From contig CP053915.1 in assembly GCA_021496925.1 (NCBI GenBank), forward strand, positions 2,537,260 through 2,601,259: a DNA stretch of 64,000 nt. The letters are read 5' to 3'. This document shows positions 57,106-64,000 of the stretch, in pieces. A program made the position numbers and the translations under genes. Positions within the stretch are counted from its first letter, which is position 1, and each line of letters begins with the position of its first letter. The notes beneath the pieces were generated by a model. That model was given only the letters and a program-made list of their open reading frames with translations, was not told the origin of the DNA and did not search any database. Origin of the DNA: Acidovorax sp. YS12 (lineage in GTDB: Bacteria; Pseudomonadota; Gammaproteobacteria; Burkholderiales; Burkholderiaceae_C).

Positions 57106-57885
57106 TCAAACCTTGCTGAAATCGGGCGGGCGCTTTTCCATGAACGCGGTGAACGCCTCGCGCGCCGCGGGCTCGCGCAGCATGCGGCCGAAGCTCGCGC
57201 CCTCTTCCGCCATGCGTTCGAGCACCGGGGCCAGCAGGCCTTTCTTCATCAGCCGCTTGGTCTCGACCAGCGACGACAAGGGCTTGGCGGCCAGCTTCCG
57301 GGCCTGCGCCTGGGCCACGGCGTTGCACTCGGTCGGCGGCACCACGCGGTTGACCAGGCCCACCTCCAGCGCGGCCTCGGCCATGAAGGGCTCGCCCAGC
57401 AGCAGCGCCTCGGCGGCGCGGTGGTAGCCCAGCATCTGCGGCACCAGCAGGCTCGAAGCGGCCTCGGGGCACAGGCCCAGGTTCACGAAGGGCATGGAGA
57501 ACGCCGCGTTGTCGCCCGCATAGACCAAGTCGCAGTGGAACAGCATGGTGGTGCCGATGCCCACGGCCGGGCCGCACACGGCGGCCACGATGGGCTTGGA
57601 AAAGCCGGCCAGGGCGCGCAGGAAGCGGAACACGGGCGACTCCTGCGTGGCCGGCGGCGCGTTCAGGAAGTCGCCGATGTCGTTGCCGGCGCTGAAGATG
57701 GCGGGGTCGCCCTGGAACACCACCACGCGGGTGGCGGCGTCGGCCTCGGCCTGGGCGAGCGCCTCGGCCAGGGTGGTGTACATGGCCTGCGTCAGCGAGT
57801 TTTTCTTCCCGGCGCGGTTGAGGGTGATGGTGCAGACACCGGCTTCGGTGTGGATCAGGATGTCCTGGGTCGTGGCTTCGCTCAT
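57106..57885 (-). CDS. Enoyl-CoA hydratase/isomerase
   Basis: Crotonase fold 'FSAGNDIGDF', 'AAVCGPAVGIGTTML'. Confidence 0.85.
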   Translation of the reverse strand: MSEATTQDILIHTEAGVCTITLNRAGKKNSLTQAMYTTLAEALAQAEADAATRVVVFQGDPAIFSAGNDIGDFLNAPPATQESPVFRFLRALAGFSKPIVAAVCGPAVGIGTTMLFHCDLVYAGDNAAFSMPFVNLGLCPEAASSLLVPQMLGYHRAAEALLLGEPFMAEAALEVGLVNRVVPPTECNAVAQAQARKLAAKPLSSLVETKRLMKKGLLAPVLERMAEEGASFGRMLREPAAREAFTAFMEKRPPDFSKV

Positions 57886-57907
57886 GGCGTGCAATCTCCT
57901 TGGGGGG

Positions 57908-58747
57908 TCACTCTTTGTAATAGACGATCTGGTGGCTGGTGGCGAGCAGCGTGCCCGCCTCGTTCCACAGCTGGGCGCTGTGGTCGAAGAAGCCGTGGCG
58001 GAATTCCTGGGCGCGCGCCTGCCCCAGCAGGTAGCCTTCGCCCGTGGCGGCGAGCTGGGCGCGGCTCGCATGGAAGTAGATGGTGATCGACACCGTGCCG
58101 GCCGGCACCATCTGCGCGCGGCGCAGCCACACGCGCGGGAAGAAGATGTCGGCCATGGCCGCGAGGGCGCAGAAGTCCAGCGCCCGCGCGGGCGCATCGC
58201 GCATCCACAGCCGCGTCAGGCTGGAGTCGCCGCTGCCGTCCCACTGCGTGGGCAGGCTGCCTTCGACCAGCCGCATCTCGTAGCGCCGCAGCCATTCGGA
58301 GCCGAAGAAGGCCTCGGCCTGCGGGCACTGCGCGGGCGCGGGCACCGGCGGCAGGGGCTGGTCGCTGGCGCTCCAGGTGTCGCGGCGCGTGGCGGTCACG
58401 GCGGTGGCAGTAGTGGTCACGACCGGCTGGCCGTCGGCTCCGGCCTGGGAAATGGCCAGGGTCCAGTGCTGCGTGGAACGGTTGGTGCGCACCGGCACGG
58501 CCTGCAGCGTGAAGGGCCCGGCCTCCAGCGCGCCGGCATAGTTCACGGTGAGCGACAGCGGCTCGCCCAGGCAGTCGGGGTGCTGCAGCACGGCCTGCAG
58601 CAGCGTGGCGGCGGTGACGCCGCCAAAGGGCCCGACCATGTTCCAGTAGGCCGGGCTGGTCTGGCCCGCGTACTGGCCGGGCGCGGACGACGCGAGCGCC
58701 AGCGCCGCGTCCAGGGGGTGGGATTGGGAAGTGCTCATGGCGCGCAA
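57908..58747 (-). CDS. Acyl-CoA thioesterase II-like (TesB family, double hotdog)
   Basis: 279 aa; two hotdog halves. Confidence 0.7.
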   Translation of the reverse strand: MRAMSTSQSHPLDAALALASSAPGQYAGQTSPAYWNMVGPFGGVTAATLLQAVLQHPDCLGEPLSLTVNYAGALEAGPFTLQAVPVRTNRSTQHWTLAISQAGADGQPVVTTTATAVTATRRDTWSASDQPLPPVPAPAQCPQAEAFFGSEWLRRYEMRLVEGSLPTQWDGSGDSSLTRLWMRDAPARALDFCALAAMADIFFPRVWLRRAQMVPAGTVSITIYFHASRAQLAATGEGYLLGQARAQEFRHGFFDHSAQLWNEAGTLLATSHQIVYYKE

Positions 58748-58924
58748 GTGTGCCCGGAGTTGGCGGGCGCCGCCGTCGTCCCAGCGACTGCGCTGGCGTA
58801 TCGCCTGGTGCGGGGTTCCATGTCGGTCTCCTGGGTTCGGTGCCGCTCTGCGTCGGCTCGCATGGAAGAAGGCAGCCGCCCGCCCCCTGCACGGGGGACG
58901 GGCGGCAGGTGCGTCAAAGGTGCG

Positions 58925-60118
58925 TCAGACGCGCTCGAAAATGCCGGCAGCGCCCTGGCCCGTGCCCACGCACATGGTGACCATGCCGTACTTCAGGTTG
59001 TGGCGGCGCAGCGCATGCACCACCGTGGCAGCGCGGATGGCGCCGGTGGCGCCCAGCGGGTGGCCCAGGGCGATGGCGCCGCCCATGGGGTTGACCTTGG
59101 CCGGGTCCAGGCCCAGGGTGTTCACCACCGCCAGGGACTGGGCCGCGAAGGCCTCGTTCAGCTCGTACCAGCCGATGTCGTCGCTCTTCAGGCCGGCGTA
59201 GCGCAGCGCGGCGGGAATAGCCTCGATCGGACCGATGCCCATGATCTCGGGCGGCACGCCGCGCGCGGCGTAGCTCACGAAGCGCGCCAGCGGCGTCAGG
59301 CCGAACTGCTTGACGGCCTTCTCGCTCGCCAGGATCAGCGCGCCCGCGCCGTCGCTGGTCTGCGAGCTGTTGCCCGCCGTGACGCTGCCGCGCGCGGCGA
59401 ACACCGGACGCAGCTTGGCCAGCCCTTCCAGCGAGGTGTCGGGGCGCGGGCCTTCGTCCAGGTTCACGGTGCGCTTCTTTTCCACCACCGCGCCGGTGGC
59501 GAGGTTGGGGGTGCGCTCGACGATCTCGAACGGCGTGATCTCGTCGGTGAACTCGCCCGCCTGCTGGGCCTTGATGGCGCGCAGGTGTGATTCGAGTGCG
59601 AAGGCGTCCTGGGCCTCGCGCGTCACGCCCCACTGCTGCGCCACCTTCTCGGCCGTCAGGCCCATGCCGTAGGCGATGCCGACGTTCTCGTCGCGCGCGA
59701 ACACCTCGGGGTTGAACGAGGGCTTGTTGCCGCCCATGGGCACCAGGCTCATGGATTCGGCGCCGCCGGCGATCAGCACGTCTGCCTCGCCCACGCGGAT
59801 GCGGTCGGCCGCCATCTGGATGGCCGTCACGCCCGAGGCGCAGAAGCGGTTCACCGTCACGCCGCCCACGGGGTGGTCGAAGGCCAGGCCCATGGCGATG
59901 CGCGCCATGTTCATGCCCTGCTCGCCCTCGGGGAAGGAGCAGCCGATGATCGAGTCCTCGATGGCCTTGGGGTCCAGCGTGGGCACCTGGGCCATGGCGC
60001 CGCGGATGGCGGCCACCAGCAGGTCGTCGGGGCGGGTGTTGCGGAAGTAGCCGCGGCCCGAACGGCCGATGGGCAGGCGCGTGGCGGCAACGATGTAGGC
60101 GTCTTGCACTTGTTTCAT
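58925..60118 (-). CDS. fadA: Acetyl-CoA C-acyltransferase (3-ketoacyl-CoA thiolase)
   Basis: 'NRFCASGV' active Cys, 'GHPLGATG', 'CVGTGQG'. Confidence 0.9.
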   Translation of the reverse strand: MKQVQDAYIVAATRLPIGRSGRGYFRNTRPDDLLVAAIRGAMAQVPTLDPKAIEDSIIGCSFPEGEQGMNMARIAMGLAFDHPVGGVTVNRFCASGVTAIQMAADRIRVGEADVLIAGGAESMSLVPMGGNKPSFNPEVFARDENVGIAYGMGLTAEKVAQQWGVTREAQDAFALESHLRAIKAQQAGEFTDEITPFEIVERTPNLATGAVVEKKRTVNLDEGPRPDTSLEGLAKLRPVFAARGSVTAGNSSQTSDGAGALILASEKAVKQFGLTPLARFVSYAARGVPPEIMGIGPIEAIPAALRYAGLKSDDIGWYELNEAFAAQSLAVVNTLGLDPAKVNPMGGAIALGHPLGATGAIRAATVVHALRRHNLKYGMVTMCVGTGQGAAGIFERV

Positions 60119-60143
60119 GGTGAGTGTCCTTCTCAATTTTCCA

Positions 60144-60157
60144 AAGCGCTTAAGCGC
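60144..60157. promoter_or_regulatory. Perfect 14-nt palindrome AGCGCTTAAGCGCT in the fadB-like/thiolase spacer, followed by a strong GC hairpin (60225-60275)
   Basis: Read directly. Shares the AGCGCTT core with the REP-like family. Could be an operator or an intra-operon RNA structure. Confidence 0.25.
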
Positions 60158-60298
60158 TGCTCCTGGCGCATGCAACTAGCGCACGCCAAGCCAGCAGACG
60201 CCGTGGAGCTGGCTTTGCCAGGCCACCGGCGGCGTCCCCCTTCCCGCGCGTAGCGCGAGAGAAGGGGGAAGGCGCGAAGCGACTCAGGGGGATGGTCA

Positions 60299-62701
60299 TT
60301 AGTTCCGCACCGGCTTGCCGGTGTTCAGCATGCCCAGGATGCGCTCGTGCGTCTTGGGCTGGGCGATGAGGTGGCAGAACACCTTGCGCTCCAGCGTGAG
60401 CAGGTATTCCTCGCTCACCAGGGCGCCCGCGTCCACGTCGCCGCCGCAGACCACGTCGCCGATCATGCTGGCGATCTTGAAGTCGTAGGCGCTGATGAAG
60501 CCGCCGTCGCGCATGTTGACCAGCTGGGCCTTGATGGTGGCCAGGCCGCTGCGGCCCGCCACGGGGAACAGGCGCTTGAGCGGGGCGCGCCAGCCGCCAG
60601 CGGCCATGGCCTTGGCTTCGTTGATGGCGACGAACAGCACCTCGTCCTTGTGCGGCACGATGATGTCGGAATCCAGCAGGTAGCCGAGCTTGCGCGACTC
60701 GATGGCGCTGGTGCCCACCTTGGCCATGGCGGCGCCGGTGAAGCCTTCGGTCAGGAAGGGCAGCAGATCGCGGCTGGTACTCTTGGCCATGTTCTCGGCC
60801 GCGCGGCGGGCGATGTAGGTCAGGCCGCCGGCGCCGGGCACCAGGCCCACGCCCACTTCCACCAGGCCGATGTAGCTTTCCATGTGGGCCACACGGCGCG
60901 CCGAGTACACGGCCAGCTCGCAGCCGCCGCCCAGCGCCATGCCATGGATGGCAGCGACCACCGGCACCTGCGCGTAGCGGATGCGCATCATCAGGTTCTG
61001 CAGCTCCTGCTCCACGCTCTCGATGGCGTCGGCGCCGCCCACCACGAAGGCGGGCATGGTGGCTTCCAGGTCGGCGCCCACCGAGAACGGCGCGTCGCCC
61101 GACCAGATGACCATGCCCTGGTACGCGGCCTCGGCCAGCTCGACGGCTTCCACCAGCCCTTCCATCACTTCGGGGCTGATGGCGTGCATCTTGTTCTTGA
61201 TGCTGGCGATCAGCACCTGGCCGTCCAGCGTCCAGGTGCGCAGCGCGCGCGATTCGGCAATGGTGGTGCCGGCCGTCTGCCAGTCGGGCAGGCTGGCCTC
61301 GCCCAGCAGCTTCTCGGGGAACAGCTGGCGCTGGTACACGGGCAGCACGCGGCGCGGCACGAACTTGCCCAGCGCAGGGCTCCACGAACCTTCGGCCGTG
61401 TGCACGCCGCCGGCCTGGGCCACCGGGCCCTCGAACACCCATTGAGGCAGCGGCGCCTTGCACAGCGCTTTGCCCGCGTCGATGTCCTCCTGCACCATGC
61501 GGGCGACTTCGAGCCAGCCGGCTTCCTGCCACAGCTCGAACGGGCCCTGCTTCATGCCGAAGCCCCAGCGCATGGCCTGGTCCACGTCGCGCGCGCTGTC
61601 GGCGATGGCCTCCAGGTGCAGCGCGGCGTAGTGGAAGCTGTTGCGCAAAATGGCCCACAGGAACTGGCCCGGCGCGCCTTCGGCATTGCGCAGCAGTTGC
61701 AGGCGCTCGGCGGCGGGGCGCTTGAGCATGCGCGCGTACACGTCGTCGGCCTTCTGGCCGGCGGGCACGTATTCCTCGCTCTCCAGCTCGAAGCGCAGGA
61801 TGTCGCGGCCCACCTTCTTGAAGAAGCCGGCCTTGGTCTTCTGGCCGAGGTTGCCCAGTTCGATCAGCTTCTGGAGCACGGCGGGCGTGCCGAAGCTGCC
61901 GTAGAACGGGTCGGTCTCCAGGCTCAGGTTGTCCTGCAGCGTCTTGATGACATGGGCCATGGTGTCCAGGCCCACCACGTCGGCGGTGCGGAAGGTGCCC
62001 GAGGACGCACGGCCGAGCTTCTTGCCCGTCAGGTCATCGACCACGTCGTAGCTCAGGCCGAAGTTCTCCACTTCCTTCATCGTGGACAGCATGCCGGCGA
62101 TGCCGATGCGGTTGGCGATGAAGTTGGGCGTGTCCTTGGCACGCACCACGCCCTTGCCCAGGCCGCTGGTGACGAAGGCTTCCAATTGGTCGAGCACCAC
62201 GGGCTCGGTCGTCGGGGTGGGAATCAGCTCCACCAGCGGCATGTAGCGCGGCGGGTTGAAGAAGTGGATGCCGCAAAAGCGCGGCTTGATGGCCTCGGGC
62301 AGCGCCTCGCTCAGCTTGGTGATCGACAGGCCCGAGGTGTTGCTCGCCACGATGGCGTGCTTGGCCACGAACGGAGCGATCTTGGTGTACAGGTCGAGCT
62401 TCCAGTCCATGCGCTCGGCGATGGCCTCGATCACCAGGTCGCACTCCTTCAGCAGCTTCAGGTGCTCCTCGTAGTTCGCGGCCTGGATCAGGTCGGCGTC
62501 CTCGGCCACGCCGATGGGCGAGGGCTTGAGCTTCTTCAGGTTGGCGATGGCGCGCTCGGCGATGCCGCTCTTGGGGCCTTCCTTGGCGGGAAGGTCGAAC
62601 AGCACCACGGGCACCTTCACGTTGACGAGGTGGGCCGCGATCTGCGCGCCCATCACGCCCGCGCCGAGAACGGCGACTTTTTTCACATTGAATCGGGACA
62701 T
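60299..62701 (-). CDS. Bifunctional 3-hydroxyacyl-CoA dehydrogenase / enoyl-CoA hydratase (FadN/FadJ-like; dehydrogenase at N-terminus)
   Basis: 'VAVLGAGVMGAQIA' NAD Rossmann at N-terminus; crotonase domain C-terminal; 800 aa. Confidence 0.88.
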   Translation of the reverse strand: MSRFNVKKVAVLGAGVMGAQIAAHLVNVKVPVVLFDLPAKEGPKSGIAERAIANLKKLKPSPIGVAEDADLIQAANYEEHLKLLKECDLVIEAIAERMDWKLDLYTKIAPFVAKHAIVASNTSGLSITKLSEALPEAIKPRFCGIHFFNPPRYMPLVELIPTPTTEPVVLDQLEAFVTSGLGKGVVRAKDTPNFIANRIGIAGMLSTMKEVENFGLSYDVVDDLTGKKLGRASSGTFRTADVVGLDTMAHVIKTLQDNLSLETDPFYGSFGTPAVLQKLIELGNLGQKTKAGFFKKVGRDILRFELESEEYVPAGQKADDVYARMLKRPAAERLQLLRNAEGAPGQFLWAILRNSFHYAALHLEAIADSARDVDQAMRWGFGMKQGPFELWQEAGWLEVARMVQEDIDAGKALCKAPLPQWVFEGPVAQAGGVHTAEGSWSPALGKFVPRRVLPVYQRQLFPEKLLGEASLPDWQTAGTTIAESRALRTWTLDGQVLIASIKNKMHAISPEVMEGLVEAVELAEAAYQGMVIWSGDAPFSVGADLEATMPAFVVGGADAIESVEQELQNLMMRIRYAQVPVVAAIHGMALGGGCELAVYSARRVAHMESYIGLVEVGVGLVPGAGGLTYIARRAAENMAKSTSRDLLPFLTEGFTGAAMAKVGTSAIESRKLGYLLDSDIIVPHKDEVLFVAINEAKAMAAGGWRAPLKRLFPVAGRSGLATIKAQLVNMRDGGFISAYDFKIASMIGDVVCGGDVDAGALVSEEYLLTLERKVFCHLIAQPKTHERILGMLNTGKPVRN

Positions 62702-62734
62702 GGTTGTCTTTGAATCCGGGGATGAATGAGGGGG

Positions 62735-63169
62735 TTACTCCACGCGCTGCCAGGTCTGCGTGCGGCCGAACGGACCGATGGAGCCGCGCACTTCAAGCTT
62801 CTTGCCGCCCTCGATGGGGGTCAGGCGCAGGGTGTAGAACTTGCCGTTCTCGGGGTCGAGGATCTTGCCGTCCTCCCACACGTCCTTGCCCTCGGCCTTC
62901 TTCGCGTCCTTGATGATGCGCAGGCCCACCATGGGCTGGTCCTTCAGCTCATCGCGACATTCGGTGCACTTGGCGGCGGGGTCTGCACCCTTGCGCAGCA
63001 GTTTGTCGATGCGCCCCTCGAGCACGCCGCCGTTGTCGCCGATGCGCACCTCCGACTTGGGCTCGTTGGTCTTTTCGTCGAAGCTGCGCCACAACCCGAC
63101 CGGGGTCATCTGGGCCAGGGCGGGTGCCGTGATTGCTACCAAAGCGATAGCTGCTAGCGCTTGTCTCAT
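62735..63169 (-). CDS. DUF2147-like secreted protein
   Basis: Signal peptide 'MRQALAAIALVAITAPALAQ'; 144 aa. Start coordinate is good to about 1 nt: frame taken from the track, ATG located by eye. Confidence 0.55.
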   Translation of the reverse strand: MRQALAAIALVAITAPALAQMTPVGLWRSFDEKTNEPKSEVRIGDNGGVLEGRIDKLLRKGADPAAKCTECRDELKDQPMVGLRIIKDAKKAEGKDVWEDGKILDPENGKFYTLRLTPIEGGKKLEVRGSIGPFGRTQTWQRVE

Positions 63170-63237
63170 AAGGTCTCCATGGCAAAAAGGCTGTTTTCTG
63201 GCGGGAGCGGCCGCGCCCCCGCCACACACCGCGCCGG

Positions 63238-64000
63238 TCAGGCCAGGGCGGCGTCGGTGTCCATCAGCACCTTGCAGCCGGCGCGGGCCGTGCGCATCAG
63301 CGTCTGGACTTCGGGGAACAGCTTGGCGAAGTAGAAGCGCGCCGTCTGCAGCTTGGCGGTATAGAACGGGTCGGTGCTGCCGGCGGCGATGGCGCGCAGC
63401 GCCACCTGGGCCATGCGGGCGAACAGGTAGCCAAACACCAGGTGGCCGGCCACGCGCAGGTAATCGACGGCGGCGGCGCCCACTTCGTCGGGGTTCTGCA
63501 TGCCCTTGAAGCCGATCTCGGTGGTGAACTTGGTCATCTGGTCGCCCAGGATGGCGATGGGGTTGATGAACTCGGCCATCTTCTCGTTCACGCCCTCTTC
63601 CTGCACCAGCTGGCCGATCAGCTTGCCCAGCTTCTTCAGCGTGGCGCCGTTGTTGCCCAGCACCTTGCGGCCCAGTAGGTCGAGCGACTGCACGGTGTTC
63701 GTGCCTTCGTAGATCATGTTGATGCGGTTGTCCCGCACATACTGCTCCATGCCCCATTCCTTGATGAAGCCATGGCCGCCGAAGACCTGCATGCAGGCGT
63801 TGGTGGAGATGTGGCCGTTGTCGGTGATGAAGGCCTTGACGATCGGGGTCAGCAGCGCCACCAGCTCGTCGCACTCGGCGCGCACCTTCTCGTCGGGGTG
63901 ATGGTGCGACTTGTCCAGCAGCAGCGTGCAGTAGATCTGCAGCGCGCGCGCGCCTTCGGCGTAGGCCTTGGCGGTGAGCAGCATCTTGCGCACGTCGGGG
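63238..64000 (-). CDS. Acyl-CoA dehydrogenase, C-terminal portion (5'-partial; continues beyond the window)
   Basis: ACAD C-terminal domain 'YEGTNTVQSLDLLGRKV'. Confidence 0.85.
   Translation of the reverse strand, partial: PDVRKMLLTAKAYAEGARALQIYCTLLLDKSHHHPDEKVRAECDELVALLTPIVKAFITDNGHISTNACMQVFGGHGFIKEWGMEQYVRDNRINMIYEGTNTVQSLDLLGRKVLGNNGATLKKLGKLIGQLVQEEGVNEKMAEFINPIAILGDQMTKFTTEIGFKGMQNPDEVGAAAVDYLRVAGHLVFGYLFARMAQVALRAIAAGSTDPFYTAKLQTARFYFAKLFPEVQTLMRTARAGCKVLMDTDAALA

Noticed and set aside
63141-63168. ATAGCTGCTAGCGCTTG, a 16/17 match to the REP-like arm
   Set aside because: It lies inside coding sequence, where it encodes the signal peptide MRQALAAIAL of the DUF2147 protein. It is probably a chance or ancestral match, so it was not counted as a repeat copy.

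Overview
High-GC (~68%) betaproteobacterial chromosomal segment, Comamonadaceae-like by gene content, densely coded. Long ORFs running antisense to the real genes are common here, so the six-frame track needs heavy pruning. 

Content, left to right:
- a large two-domain glycosyltransferase;
- a polar-type flagellar/chemotaxis cluster: motAB-cheYZ-flhBAF, a Walker-A-less flhG-like gene and fliA; then convergent flgN-flgM-flgA and divergent flgBCDEFGH, which stops abruptly after flgH;
- pyrC, a low-GC NYN/LOTUS nuclease gene, DUF3025, htpX, a PG-repeat lipoprotein, an FAD oxidoreductase, and a Fur-family-like regulator facing a beta-helical repeat protein;
- cysK;
- an RtcR-controlled locus: rtcR(+) diverges from a minus-strand operon of SPFH/band-7 protein, a 65-aa Cys-rich protein, rtcB and rtcA. 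A sigma54-like promoter and a leader carrying tRNA-like elements lie between them, and RNase P RNA (rnpB) starts 8 nt after rtcR;
- an M48 peptidase translationally coupled to a DUF898 membrane protein, then a pseudouridine synthase, a NUDIX::MBL fusion and DoxX;
- dapF-DUF484, a Glu/Asp-type ABC importer, a LysR regulator with a TRAP dctQMP system, a Cache/HAMP/GGDEF diguanylate cyclase and an Atm1-type ABC exporter;
- a beta-oxidation cluster (thioesterases, enoyl-CoA hydratase, thiolase, FadB-like enzyme, 5'-partial acyl-CoA dehydrogenase) with a bactofilin gene embedded.

A family of nested palindromic REP-like repeats with arm 'GATAGCTGCCAGCGCTTG' occupies at least nine intergenic spacers. 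No CRISPR array or IS element was seen.

The most interesting region is the rtc locus: its leader tRNA-like module resembles the Y-RNA arrangement of rsr-yrlBA-rtcBA operons but has no Rsr, and it carries uncharacterised SPFH and zinc-ribbon-like partners.
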